Positions 1 to 9,870 are shown, counted from the stretch's first letter. The stretch: DNA of 64,000 bases from an uncultured virus (IMG/VR IMGVR_UViG_3300012665_000858) (IMGVR_UViG_3300012665_000858), one strand, 5' to 3'. Notes: generated by a model from the letters alone, not told the origin. Made by a program: numbers and translations.

Positions 1-1012
1 TGCTATTCTTAATCCTGGTTGTAGATTCTTTGATAAACGTATTGGTCAAAGTACTACACTAGTTGGTCGACAAATTGCCAAGCACATGGCTGGTAAAGTC
101 AATGAAATTATTACAGGCGAATATAATCACGTAGGTAAAGCAGTTATCTACGGTGACACTGACAGTTGTTACTTTTCAGCGTATACTACATTGAAGAAAG
201 ACATCGAAGCCGGTGTTATTCCTTGGACTAAAGATAATGTCACTGCTTTATATGATCAAATTGGCGAAGAAGTAAACAGTACGTTTGTTAAGTTTATGCA
301 AGATCAATTCCATTGTCCTCCTAGTCGAGGCGATGTTATTAAAGCAGGTCGTGAAATTGTTGCATCAAAAGGTTTGTTCATTACTAAGAAGCGTTATGCT
401 GTATTGTATTATGACAAAGAAGGCAAACGTGCAGACGTAGATGGCAAGCCGGGTAAAATCAAGGCCATGGGCTTAGACTTGAAGCGCAGTGATACACCTG
501 CGTTCATTCAAGACTTCTTAAGTGATGTGCTTGAAAAAGTACTAACCGGTGAAACCGAAGAACAAGTATTGGATCATATTACCAAGTTCCGTACAGAATT
601 CAAGGCTAGACCTGGTTGGGAGAAAGGTTCGCCCAAACGTGCTAACAACGTTACAGAATACGAAGCCAAGGAAAAGAAACAAGGAAAGGCAAATATGCCT
701 GGACACGTTCGTGCAAGTATTAATTGGAATACTCTGCGTCGAATGAATTCCGACAAGTATAGTATGCAGATTACAGACGGTCAAAAAGTTATTGTCTGTA
801 AACTAAAACCCAATCCATTAGGATATACATCAGTAGCATATCCTGTCGATGAATTACGTTTGCCAAAATGGTTCATGGAACTACCGTTCGATGATGCAGA
901 AATGGAACAAACTATTATCGACAATAAACTGGATAACTTAATTGGAGTTCTTAAATGGGACGTAGCAAGTACGGAAGAAAAGAACACATTTAATCAACTG
1001 TTTGAGTTTTAA
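1..1012 (+). CDS. Family B DNA polymerase, C-terminal part (gene starts upstream of window)
   Basis: Frame is open from position 2 (AILNPGCRFFDKRIGQSTT...); contains PolB motif YGDTDS, KKRYA and MGLDLKRSDTP. Confidence 0.95.
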   Translation, partial: AILNPGCRFFDKRIGQSTTLVGRQIAKHMAGKVNEIITGEYNHVGKAVIYGDTDSCYFSAYTTLKKDIEAGVIPWTKDNVTALYDQIGEEVNSTFVKFMQDQFHCPPSRGDVIKAGREIVASKGLFITKKRYAVLYYDKEGKRADVDGKPGKIKAMGLDLKRSDTPAFIQDFLSDVLEKVLTGETEEQVLDHITKFRTEFKARPGWEKGSPKRANNVTEYEAKEKKQGKANMPGHVRASINWNTLRRMNSDKYSMQITDGQKVIVCKLKPNPLGYTSVAYPVDELRLPKWFMELPFDDAEMEQTIIDNKLDNLIGVLKWDVASTEEKNTFNQLFEF

Positions 1013-1016
1013 AGAC

Positions 1017-1045
1017 TTGACATTGACCGAAAACCTAAATATAAT
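1017..1045 (+). promoter_or_regulatory. sigma70-type promoter with embedded late TAAATA box
   Basis: TTGACA 1017-1022, 17-nt spacer, TATAAT 1040-1045; TAAATA 1036-1041; AAGGAG RBS before 1066. Confidence 0.85.
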
Positions 1046-1065
1046 CAACATTAAGGAGAATTATA

Positions 1066-1800
1066 ATGATTAAAGACATTTTAACAGACATCGTAGCACA
1101 TACACATAGCCTAGGCTTTTTACCACTGGTAAAGGTTACAGGTGCAAAAGATTCAACTACAATTGAATCAATGGCCGAGGATCGTAGTGTTATTGTTACG
1201 GCAACTGCACACAAGCCGGTTGCAGAATTTGATGGCACATTCGGTATGCCTAATCTGGACAAGTTAAACCTTCACTTGAAGAATCCAGAGTATAAAGAGA
1301 ATGCACAGATTAATGTTGTGAAAGCAAATAAGAACGGTGCAGATGTTGCAGTAGGTTTACACTTTGAAAACCAAGCAGGCGACTTCCAGAACGATTATCG
1401 CTTTATGGCATCTGAACTTATTAGTGAAAAACTAAAGTCAGTTAAGTTTAAAGGTGCAAGTTGGGAAGTTGAATTTGAACCTAGCGTTGCGGCTATTAGT
1501 CGTTTGAAACTACAGAGTGCGGCACACAGTGAAGAAACTGTTTTCCAAGTTCGTACAGAAGACAACAACCTTGTATTCTTCTTTGGTGATGCTAGTACAC
1601 ACGCAGGTTCATTTGTTTTCCAACACGATGTTGGCGGCAAGTTAAAGCACACATGGAGTTGGCCTGTTTCACAAGTACAGAGCATTTTGAATCTCGACGG
1701 TGAAGTTACTATGAAGATTGCAGATGCAGGTGCTATGCAAATTACAGTAGACAGTGGCGTTGCCGTTTACGATTACATTTTGCCTGCACAGAGCAAATAA
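1066..1800 (+). CDS. Probable sliding clamp / DNA polymerase accessory protein (T4 gp45-like)
   Basis: 244 aa, beta-rich, directly after PolB, ends YDYILPAQ as clamps typically do; PolB ends in a clamp-binding-like motif (NQLFEF). Family assignment is inferred. Confidence 0.6.
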   Translation: MIKDILTDIVAHTHSLGFLPLVKVTGAKDSTTIESMAEDRSVIVTATAHKPVAEFDGTFGMPNLDKLNLHLKNPEYKENAQINVVKANKNGADVAVGLHFENQAGDFQNDYRFMASELISEKLKSVKFKGASWEVEFEPSVAAISRLKLQSAAHSEETVFQVRTEDNNLVFFFGDASTHAGSFVFQHDVGGKLKHTWSWPVSQVQSILNLDGEVTMKIADAGAMQITVDSGVAVYDYILPAQSK

Positions 1801-2063
1801 TGAAGATTATTTTAGATTATATTAAGTCGCATATACCCCAGATGGAAATGCTGGGGGTGATTATGCGTATCATTAGTTTTAGTCTAGTATCTTGGCTAGG
1901 ACCAGCGAGTCCTTTTATGTTTGTGTGGATCTTTAATACAGCGGATGCTATATTGTTAACATATTGCGCTAGGCTGAAACGGGATCCAGCATATACATTG
2001 TTAAATGCGTTCTGGATTCTAGTTGGTATAATTGGAATTGCCAGAGCTGGCGGTTGGATATAA
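1800..2063 (+). CDS. Small membrane protein
   Basis: 87 aa with about 3 hydrophobic segments; translationally coupled to both neighbours. Confidence 0.6.
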   Translation: MKIILDYIKSHIPQMEMLGVIMRIISFSLVSWLGPASPFMFVWIFNTADAILLTYCARLKRDPAYTLLNAFWILVGIIGIARAGGWI

Positions 2064-3761
2064 ATGAATAAAAACTTAACAGCAACACAAAACGACTACG
2101 CTTACTTCTTGCCGGCGACCAGTGGATTCTATAGTACCTTTATCGGTAAACAAAGATATGGAAACTACGTTGACCCGGCAAGAGTTCCTGCTAGTTTTAA
2201 AAACGGAGTAGAAAGTTTAAACTACTTAGAACCTGAAAAGGGTGCATTCTACTACGACCATTGCTTGTATTCAGCAGGTCATGCTAACTTAGACCTAACT
2301 AAGCAAGACGACAGTGAGGATATGTTTCGTAACAGAGACAGAACTACTAGTTGGGTATTAGGAGACTCTGGAGGTTTCCAGATTGGTAAAGGTGTATGGG
2401 AAGGCGAGTGGAATGATCCTGCTGGCGCAGTAGTTGCCCAACGTATGGCCGAAGCAATTGCCAAAGGCGTTGAATTAGTTCCGCAAATTGATCCTACTGG
2501 CAATCCTAAGACTGATAAGAACGGCAATCCCAAGTATACTAAAGTTGATCATGTTAAAGTGTATCAATCAAAGTTAGATGCCGCACAGAAAAAGCGTGAA
2601 CAAGTGTTAACTTGGATGGATGCGCTCATGGACTACGGTATGGTACTTGATATTCCAGCATGGGTCGGACGTAGTCCGGTTGGTGCCAAGAATAGCGGCG
2701 TTGGTAATTATGACCAAGCCGTGGAAGCAACAAAGTACAATAATCAATACTTTATTAAACATCGTACAGGTGCTTGCAAGTTCTTAAACGTTCTACAAGG
2801 CGAAAATCATGCACAGGCAGAAGACTGGTATCAAAAGATGAAAGACTTCTGTGACCCTAAAGTTTACGGCGATAAAGCCTTTAACGGTTGGGCCATGGGT
2901 GGACAGAATATGTGCGATGTAGAACTCGTACTAAGAAGATTAGTGGCACTAAAGTTTGACGGATTGCTAGAACAAGGTCAGCAAGATTGGATGCACTTCT
3001 TGGGTACTAGTAAATTAGAATGGGCATGTTTATTAACTGACATTCAACGTTCTGTACGCAAATATCATAATCCTAACTTTACAATTAGTTTCGATTGTGC
3101 TAGTCCGTTTTTGGCTACTGCCAATGGGCAAGTATACGTTCAAACAGAAACTCAAGATAGAACTAAATGGGTCTACAGAATGTTACCCAGCATCGATGAT
3201 AAAAAGTATGCCCAGGATACTAGACTGTTTAGAGATGCCGTGATGCAAGATGGACATTTTAAAAATTTCGATAATAGTCCAGTTATAGATGGCGTTCCAA
3301 TTAAAGATGTGTGTATATATGCACCTGGTGATTTGAATAAAATTGGCAAAGAAGGCAGAACGTCTTGGGATAGTTTTAGTTATGCCATTCTTATGGGTCA
3401 CAATGTTTGGATGCACCTTAATGCAGTACAAGAAGCCAATCGTCAATACGATGCAGGGCTATGTCCAACTATGTTAGTTCAAGAGAAGTTTGACAGACTA
3501 TACTTTAAAGATGTAGTGGATGCTATTTTTAGTGCCACTGACAGGGCTACAGCAGATGCAGTTATCGAGAGTTTTAGTAAGTTTTGGATGGCTATTCCGG
3601 GCACCAGGGGTGCTGTAGGTAAGAAAACAGTAAATGCCAGCACAAACTTTGCCAAACTATTTGACGAAGTAGAGGAAGAGAGTGTACAATTAGAGCACGG
3701 TGAAGAATTTACCGATGATGAAATTGCTAAACTTGACGAACTCGAAGAAGGCGTAAAATGA
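2064..3761 (+). CDS. dpdA: TGT-fold DNA transglycosylase (DpdA-like, 7-deazaguanine insertion)
   Basis: TGT motifs LGDSGGFQ, MVLDIP, NVLQG, GWAMGG, HFLG, ISFD; clustered with folE, queE and a QueD paralogue. Confidence 0.8.
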   Translation: MNKNLTATQNDYAYFLPATSGFYSTFIGKQRYGNYVDPARVPASFKNGVESLNYLEPEKGAFYYDHCLYSAGHANLDLTKQDDSEDMFRNRDRTTSWVLGDSGGFQIGKGVWEGEWNDPAGAVVAQRMAEAIAKGVELVPQIDPTGNPKTDKNGNPKYTKVDHVKVYQSKLDAAQKKREQVLTWMDALMDYGMVLDIPAWVGRSPVGAKNSGVGNYDQAVEATKYNNQYFIKHRTGACKFLNVLQGENHAQAEDWYQKMKDFCDPKVYGDKAFNGWAMGGQNMCDVELVLRRLVALKFDGLLEQGQQDWMHFLGTSKLEWACLLTDIQRSVRKYHNPNFTISFDCASPFLATANGQVYVQTETQDRTKWVYRMLPSIDDKKYAQDTRLFRDAVMQDGHFKNFDNSPVIDGVPIKDVCIYAPGDLNKIGKEGRTSWDSFSYAILMGHNVWMHLNAVQEANRQYDAGLCPTMLVQEKFDRLYFKDVVDAIFSATDRATADAVIESFSKFWMAIPGTRGAVGKKTVNASTNFAKLFDEVEEESVQLEHGEEFTDDEIAKLDELEEGVK

Positions 3762-4015
3762 AAAAACTATTAGGCATTGGTGTACTAGCAGTATTAAGTT
3801 TTGGATTGTTTTATAAGACGGCAGATGCTGTAGGTCCAAACGATTACTATCTTGTAATTAAATTTGCAGACACTGGTAACACTATTGCTCTAGCAGATAA
3901 ATTCAACGGGCATGAAGCCTGTGTATCCTCGCCGGATTATACGCTACATCAAATAGCGGGAAAACAATCCGGATCTCTTATTAAATGTGTTAACGAATTA
4001 CCGACATATAGATGA
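3758..4015 (+). CDS. Small exported or membrane-anchored protein
   Basis: MKKLLGIGVLAVLSFGLF signal-like N-terminus, two Cys; ATGA overlaps at both ends. Confidence 0.6.
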   Translation: MKKLLGIGVLAVLSFGLFYKTADAVGPNDYYLVIKFADTGNTIALADKFNGHEACVSSPDYTLHQIAGKQSGSLIKCVNELPTYR

Positions 4016-4890
4016 AAAGTTTAATTGTAGGAATGGGTATAGGACAGTTATATAAAACTGTCCTAACTCAACTAGGCCACGAAGTTTGTACTGTAGATAG
4101 CGACATTAATAAAGATGCGGATTTTCCCAGTGTGGATCCGGCAGTGCTATTGCACGAACACTTCGACACAGTACATATCTGTACACCAAATTTTACACAT
4201 CTAGAATTAGCCGTACGACTGGCTCCGGTTAGTAGAATTGTTTTTATCGAAAAACCCGGATTGATTAATTCTAACGAATGGCAAAAGTTGTGTAAACGAT
4301 TCCCACGCACAAGATTTATCATGGTTAAAAATAATATGTGGCGCAGTAATGTCACTGAAATGATTGATCTTGCTAGTAAATCAAAACAAGTAAAAATAGA
4401 ATGGATTAGACGTAACTGTATTCCTAGTCCAGGTAGTTGGTTTACTACACGAAAATTAGCGTTCGGCGGAGTTAGCCGAGACTTAATGCCTCATCTATTA
4501 AGTTTATATGTTGCTATGAATCCCAACTGGAACAAAGAAACAGTAAATGGTCAAGCGGCATTAGCACAGTGGCTATTATCCGATATTGAAAGTACAGATT
4601 ACGGTACTGTTAATCCCAACGGCACATACGATGTTGACGATATGTGTGTTATTAATTTTGGCAACAAATGGAAATTAGAAGCCAACTGGCGTAGTATGGA
4701 TACAGAACGTAGTGCTATTACGTTCGTGATGGAAGATAACACTGAAAAAGTTATAGACTTAGGATGGTGCCCTGAAGATGCATATTTAAATATGATCAAA
4801 CAATCTATCGAAAACCTAAATAATGATGAGTACTGGAAAGTACAATCGGAAATTGATTTATGGATACACAAAAGGATTGAAAATTTATGA
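4012..4890 (+). CDS. Gfo/Idh/MocA-family NAD(P)-dependent oxidoreductase
   Basis: IVGMGIG Rossmann start, ICTPNFTH, FIEKP motif, GGVSRDLMPH. Confidence 0.85.
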   Translation: MKSLIVGMGIGQLYKTVLTQLGHEVCTVDSDINKDADFPSVDPAVLLHEHFDTVHICTPNFTHLELAVRLAPVSRIVFIEKPGLINSNEWQKLCKRFPRTRFIMVKNNMWRSNVTEMIDLASKSKQVKIEWIRRNCIPSPGSWFTTRKLAFGGVSRDLMPHLLSLYVAMNPNWNKETVNGQAALAQWLLSDIESTDYGTVNPNGTYDVDDMCVINFGNKWKLEANWRSMDTERSAITFVMEDNTEKVIDLGWCPEDAYLNMIKQSIENLNNDEYWKVQSEIDLWIHKRIENL

Positions 4891-5786
4891 CACGCTGTTT
4901 ACAAACAACAGGACAAGGCTACTTTGAAGAAGTAGAGTACGACAAGCCTGAACCTACTGCTGAACAAATTGAAGTTCGTGCAGTTATGACAGGTGTATGT
5001 CGCAGTGACATTGATATGATGCAGGGTAACTTTGGACCACTTCCGTTAGAAATGCAAGGGCATGAAGGAATCGGACAAGTTACAAAAGTTGGCGCACTGA
5101 TAACAGATGTTAAAGAAGGCGATTATGTTGCCACACGCGGTGAACCAGCATACGCTGATTTTTATAATGTACGTCAAAATGAATTTGTACGCATACCTGA
5201 AGCAGATCCTAAATATATTTTAGAACCAGTTGCATGTGGAATTAATGTTGTGCAACAATCAGTCTCAGACATTTATAAAAGAAGTGGTCAAGGAAAGCGA
5301 CTACTGATTTTAGGCAGTGGATTCCTTGCATGGGTCGCTTACAATACTATAAGGCTAAATCGTTTCGATTTTGAAATTGATGTTATTGGAAATAGTAATA
5401 AAGAGCTATGGGGAGATAAGATACAGCAACATTTCGGTGACGGTATCAGTTACGATGTAGTAATTGACTTAGGTAGCAGTGATACAGTATTCACCGCAGA
5501 CATTTTAAACAACGAGGCACTGGTTATTTTAGGTAGTCAAAAAACTGTTACCACAGACTTTAGTAACTTACTTTGGAAAGCCTGTACTATGGTATTTCCA
5601 AGTCCAAGAACCGACCGATTCTACGATTGCATGAAAGATGCGGCCATATGGATAGAAAACGGTGAACTAGAGGTTGATAGTTTTTGGACTAGAGGTTATA
5701 ATCGTAGTACAGAGTGGCAACAAGCGTTTGCGGATGGTAAGGATCGTCCAAGCGGTTATAGCAGAGGTTATATTAAATGGGACTAA
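4887..5786 (+). CDS. Zn-dependent medium-chain dehydrogenase (sugar/threonine dehydrogenase-like)
   Basis: GVCRSD and GHEGIG catalytic Zn motifs, EPVACG, ILGSG nucleotide-binding loop. Confidence 0.85.
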   Translation: MTRCLQTTGQGYFEEVEYDKPEPTAEQIEVRAVMTGVCRSDIDMMQGNFGPLPLEMQGHEGIGQVTKVGALITDVKEGDYVATRGEPAYADFYNVRQNEFVRIPEADPKYILEPVACGINVVQQSVSDIYKRSGQGKRLLILGSGFLAWVAYNTIRLNRFDFEIDVIGNSNKELWGDKIQQHFGDGISYDVVIDLGSSDTVFTADILNNEALVILGSQKTVTTDFSNLLWKACTMVFPSPRTDRFYDCMKDAAIWIENGELEVDSFWTRGYNRSTEWQQAFADGKDRPSGYSRGYIKWD

Positions 5787-6292
5787 ACACTGAAGAAAGA
5801 CAAGGCATTGTCTACTTTACAGGTTACGAAGTTGAGCATACTATTTGTTATGGTATGAAAACTTTGTTTGTTGTAGGTACTCCTCCGTTGGAGGATATTA
5901 TCTATAAAGCACGTCAACACGAAGTAAAACACATTTACTTTGGTACTAGTCAAAGTTTTAATCCTAAAAATATTAGTCACGAGGAATACGCCCTTTGGGA
6001 TCAAGTTATTATCGGTTGTCTAAAAGAAAACTATTGGGTTAGTTTAGATTTCGGTGTTGAACACATCGAAGGAGTAATTGAAAGTGGTTATTCCGAATAT
6101 CAAAAATTCGTTCCTATGATTAGCGTTAAGTTGCCTTACATTAGTCAACTTAATTATAATGCTACACTCAAACTGGATGACCTAACTTGGGGTGCTACAA
6201 ACCCAGGTGTATGGACTCATCATCTCCAAAGCCTAATGAGTAAAGACAAATTTACTTACTGGGACCAATATACTCAAGACACTCCAACATGA
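5777..6292 (+). CDS. Hypothetical protein in the DNA-modification cluster
   Basis: 171-aa ORF overlapping both neighbours; no motif recognised. Confidence 0.7.
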   Translation: MGLNTEERQGIVYFTGYEVEHTICYGMKTLFVVGTPPLEDIIYKARQHEVKHIYFGTSQSFNPKNISHEEYALWDQVIIGCLKENYWVSLDFGVEHIEGVIESGYSEYQKFVPMISVKLPYISQLNYNATLKLDDLTWGATNPGVWTHHLQSLMSKDKFTYWDQYTQDTPT

Positions 6293-6678
6293 TTATCAAA
6301 CAAGACATCCGCCCTAACAAAATGATTTGGGTTACCTTCCGTAAAGAAGGTATGCACAAGTATCCAGCCGCACTAACAGATCCAACACTTGCTACAGGTG
6401 ATGAATATGATGTTAGTTTCCTGGGCTATCCGCATCGTCACATCTTCCACTTTAAAGTTTGGATTGGTGTTACACACGATGATCGCGATATCGAATTTAT
6501 TCAGTTTAAACGCTGGTTGGAAAACCTTTACAAAGAAGGTACACTACAACTAGATTATAAGAGTTGCGAAATGATGTCACAAGATTTATACGACAGCATT
6601 TCACAAAAGTATCCTAACCGTGAGGTTTGGATTGAGGTCTCCGAAGACGGAGAAAATGGTTCATTCATCAAATACTAA
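6289..6678 (+). CDS. QueD/PTPS-like T-fold protein (DpdL-like paralogue)
   Basis: GMH...LGYPHRHIFHFKV...DIEF...SCE...EVSEDGE layout of the PTPS fold; LxxxHRHxF replaces the QueD CxxxHGH motif. Confidence 0.7.
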   Translation: MIIKQDIRPNKMIWVTFRKEGMHKYPAALTDPTLATGDEYDVSFLGYPHRHIFHFKVWIGVTHDDRDIEFIQFKRWLENLYKEGTLQLDYKSCEMMSQDLYDSISQKYPNREVWIEVSEDGENGSFIKY

Positions 6679-6686
6679 AGGAAACA

Positions 6687-6920
6687 ATGATGAAAAAAGA
6701 AGTCGGTCAAATCTTTGACGATCTTGAAAATCTGCTGGATTTTTGCAGATTCAACCTTCTGCCTTACAATGAGGCAGACTTGTATAATCGCCAAAGTAAA
6801 ACTTGGCAGGCATACGAGGCGTCCAAACGTCCTCGTCGTTATAACAGCGACAGACGATTTGATAATCGTCCCCGTAATAACAACGGGTATAATAACAACT
6901 ATAGGAACGGTCGTCAATGA
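6687..6920 (+). CDS. Hypothetical protein with R/N/Y-rich tail
   Basis: AAGGA RBS; stop overlaps the glycosyltransferase start. Confidence 0.65.
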   Translation: MMKKEVGQIFDDLENLLDFCRFNLLPYNEADLYNRQSKTWQAYEASKRPRRYNSDRRFDNRPRNNNGYNNNYRNGRQ

Positions 6921-8011
6921 CCATCTACTTAGTAGACCTTGAGCCTGTAGAAACACGCTACACGGCTCAATGGAAGACTCATCTTCCTGCTATCTTACGA
7001 AAGAGAGGACATGATGTTCAAGTTTTATCTGGGCCTACGGATATTCCTACAGCCACTACTCCTGGTGCTTTTCTTAATTTTGGTGGCACCAATATATACA
7101 AGTCTAGTCAGGTTGAGCAAATGGGCCGGCTATTTTGTAGCGGATCCATTCGTCCCGGCGACCACTTTATTTTTACTGATGCTTGGCATCCGGGCATTAT
7201 AAACTTAAAGTACATGAGTGAGTTATTGGGCATCCCAGTAACTACACACGGACTTTGGCATGCTGGCAGTTATGATCCTCAAGACTTCTTAGGTCGTCTT
7301 GTAGGGGATAAGCCTTGGGTACGCAATGCAGAGAAGAGTTTCTACCATGCTTTTGATCACAACTACTTTGCCACAGACTTTCATATTCACATGTTTTACG
7401 AAAACTTGATCCAACCAGATCCGGATCGTAAAGTAAGTATGTACAAGACTGTATTTGACGATACGTTGTTCAACAACAAGGTTGTACGCACAGGTTGGCC
7501 AATGGAGTATATGGATAGTACACTTACTCCGTACAAGGGTATGCAAAAGCGTGATCTTATTTTGTTCCCACATCGCATTGCTCCTGAAAAACAAGTCGAA
7601 ATTTTCCGTGATTTAAAAGAACACTTGCCACAGTACGAATTCGTAGTCTGTCAGGATCAACAACTAACAAAAAATGAATATCATAACTTGTTAGGCGAAG
7701 CGAAAATAGTGTTTAGTGCGAACCTACAAGAAACATTAGGCATCTCCTGTTATGAAGGCGCCGTTGTAGATGCTATTCCTATGGTGCCCGATAGGCTTAG
7801 TTATACGGAGATGTATTACGATACATTCAAGTATCCTAGTGTGTGGACTGAAAGTTTTGAAGCATACGAGGCACATCGACCAGAGCTGTGCGGAAAGATT
7901 ATAGAACATATGACAAACTATACAACTCGACTTCCACAACTTAAAAAGCAAACACACGATTTAACTGAAAACTTTTTCTCAGCACATACTTTGTTAGAAA
8001 GATTAAAATGA
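6917..8011 (+). CDS. Glycosyltransferase (GT-B, GT4-like)
   Basis: LFPHRIAPEKQ and ANLQETLGISCYEG match GT4 donor-binding motifs (R...K, ExFG...E). Confidence 0.85.
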   Translation: MTIYLVDLEPVETRYTAQWKTHLPAILRKRGHDVQVLSGPTDIPTATTPGAFLNFGGTNIYKSSQVEQMGRLFCSGSIRPGDHFIFTDAWHPGIINLKYMSELLGIPVTTHGLWHAGSYDPQDFLGRLVGDKPWVRNAEKSFYHAFDHNYFATDFHIHMFYENLIQPDPDRKVSMYKTVFDDTLFNNKVVRTGWPMEYMDSTLTPYKGMQKRDLILFPHRIAPEKQVEIFRDLKEHLPQYEFVVCQDQQLTKNEYHNLLGEAKIVFSANLQETLGISCYEGAVVDAIPMVPDRLSYTEMYYDTFKYPSVWTESFEAYEAHRPELCGKIIEHMTNYTTRLPQLKKQTHDLTENFFSAHTLLERLK

Positions 8012-8460
8012 TACTCAACCTGTTAGAACGGCTAGATCGCAAACGAGTTATTATGGATCGTCAATGCAACGAGCCGTTGCTAACACGTTATTATCTTTTT
8101 TTAAAAGAACGTAAGAATTTCCCGTTCAATATATTCTTGCATAAGTTTCATAAAGGCGATCCTGGCGATGTACATGATCATCCCTGGCCTTACTTTACAT
8201 TAATACTCAAAGGCGGCTATTACGAATGGGTACCACAGTTCGCCAACGGAGTTATGATTGGCGAGATTCGTAAATGGCGGGGGCCTGGGCATTTTAGATT
8301 TTGTAGTGCCAACAGTTATCATCGTATCGAATTAAAAGAAGGTGTTACACCGTGGACTTTGTTTATGCCTGGTCCACAAAAACAGGAATGGGGATTCCTT
8401 GTTAACAATAAATGGATACATAATGAGTCATACTTACACGATAAGCAACACAGCGGGTAG
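8008..8460 (+). CDS. Cupin-like protein
   Basis: HDHPW...ILKGGYYE and a later YHRI metal-binding His pattern. Confidence 0.6.
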   Translation: MILNLLERLDRKRVIMDRQCNEPLLTRYYLFLKERKNFPFNIFLHKFHKGDPGDVHDHPWPYFTLILKGGYYEWVPQFANGVMIGEIRKWRGPGHFRFCSANSYHRIELKEGVTPWTLFMPGPQKQEWGFLVNNKWIHNESYLHDKQHSG

Positions 8461-8851
8461 TGCTGGTACTGTTACTTTGAATACTGGCATAATTAACGGT
8501 GGAACTTCTGGGCAGATTTATACAACTACTGGCATAAACGGAGCATCGTGGGCTACCCCCAATAATAACTTTGTGAGTAATAACGGTAAAGCCGTTATGA
8601 CTATTCCGGCAGAAGGACAAACAGTTATATTGGAAAAAGAGGCCACATTAGAAGTCAAGGGTAATGTTGTGATAAATGGTATTGACTTAGAAGAACGGTT
8701 AAAGACTATTGAAAAAGTCTTGCAAATTCCCGAACGAGATGTTAAACTAGAAAAAAAGTATCCAAAGTTAAAGAAACTGTATGATGAATACATTCAAGCA
8801 TTGGGTAAGTATAAAACATTTGAAGCAATTAAAGGTGACGGAAATGACTGA
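8423..8851 (+). CDS. Hypothetical protein
   Basis: Likely start MSHTYT at 8423; T/G/N-rich N-terminus, helical charged C-terminus. Confidence 0.65.
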   Translation: MSHTYTISNTAGSAGTVTLNTGIINGGTSGQIYTTTGINGASWATPNNNFVSNNGKAVMTIPAEGQTVILEKEATLEVKGNVVINGIDLEERLKTIEKVLQIPERDVKLEKKYPKLKKLYDEYIQALGKYKTFEAIKGDGND

Positions 8852-9098
8852 AAAGAAAGAACTTAAAATTGAATTTGCACCTGGTGCATTTGATCAGTTT
8901 GACGGAACTCAAGAAGAACTAGATTCTCTTATGTCAGAAATTATGAAAATGTTTGAAGGAAAGACTGCCGAAGAAATTCAAGCGTTAAGTACTCCAATGT
9001 CTGACGATGATTTCGATGATCTTCCCAGCGATGTACAAGCACAGATCATGCGAGGATCAGAGGATCTTGCAGACGAATTTAAAAGGAAACTACAATGA
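8844..9098 (+). CDS. Acidic hypothetical protein
   Basis: Start MTEKKELK at 8844 after AAGGTG; coupled to neighbours. Confidence 0.65.
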   Translation: MTEKKELKIEFAPGAFDQFDGTQEELDSLMSEIMKMFEGKTAEEIQALSTPMSDDDFDDLPSDVQAQIMRGSEDLADEFKRKLQ

Positions 9099-9331
9099 AC
9101 AAACTACATGAATCAGTGCGTGGCACACAAATCGAATCAACTGTTAAAGAAAGCGAAGGCTTTCGAGTACGCATGGTCAAACACGAAGTACTAAGTCCAA
9201 AAGGACTGTTTAGTATTGAATTAATTAATGAATCGTTAGACGAAGACGGTGTTGTAAAAGATGCAAGCACTTACAATTACTTCATGACCAAAGAAGAACT
9301 TCAACGTTTAGCATACGCTCTTACACTATGA
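9095..9331 (+). CDS. Hypothetical protein
   Basis: AAGGA RBS; ATGA overlaps. Confidence 0.65.
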   Translation: MNKLHESVRGTQIESTVKESEGFRVRMVKHEVLSPKGLFSIELINESLDEDGVVKDASTYNYFMTKEELQRLAYALTL

Positions 9332-9870
9332 AAAAAATCTATTACAACTGGTCTGATATTAATGGAGCAGTAGTAGAGATTGCTCGTAGTATCATGGCCA
9401 GCAATTGGCGACCAGATTATATTGTAGGCATCACCAGAGGTGGTGCTATTCCCGCCGTAATGCTTAGTCAGTTTATGGGTATTCCTATGCGTCCGTTAGA
9501 AGTTAGTCTACGTGATGGTGGAAATTGCACCAGCGACTTAGGCATGGCTGAAGATGCGTTCGGGTGTGTACCCAGTGAAGTTAGAGAATCTACTGGTACT
9601 ATAGTAGATCCGGCTTATAGAAAAAAGATTCTTATCGTAGATGATATCAATGACCAAGGATCTACTATTAACTGGATCAAAGAAGACTGGCCTAGCGGAT
9701 GTCATCCTACTCACGATTTTTGGAATCATGTATGGGGTAATAATGTTCGATTTGCAGTATTAACTAATAATCTAGCAAGTAAGGCAGATATAGATTATTA
9801 TTGTTGGGAAGTTAACAAGGCGGAAGAAGATTGTTGGCTGGTATATCCTTGGGAAGAGTTTTGGAAATGA
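9328..9870 (+). CDS. Type I purine phosphoribosyltransferase (Gpt-like)
   Basis: IVGITRGG, PRPP-binding ILIVDDINDQGST, C-terminal WLVYPWE. Confidence 0.85.
   Translation: MKKIYYNWSDINGAVVEIARSIMASNWRPDYIVGITRGGAIPAVMLSQFMGIPMRPLEVSLRDGGNCTSDLGMAEDAFGCVPSEVRESTGTIVDPAYRKKILIVDDINDQGSTINWIKEDWPSGCHPTHDFWNHVWGNNVRFAVLTNNLASKADIDYYCWEVNKAEEDCWLVYPWEEFWK

Noticed and set aside
8342..8422. Upstream extensions of ORF-track calls (8342, 8781, 9831, 10168, 11838, 19302)
   Set aside because: They overlap upstream genes; downstream ATGs with RBS or stop-start coupling are more plausible starts
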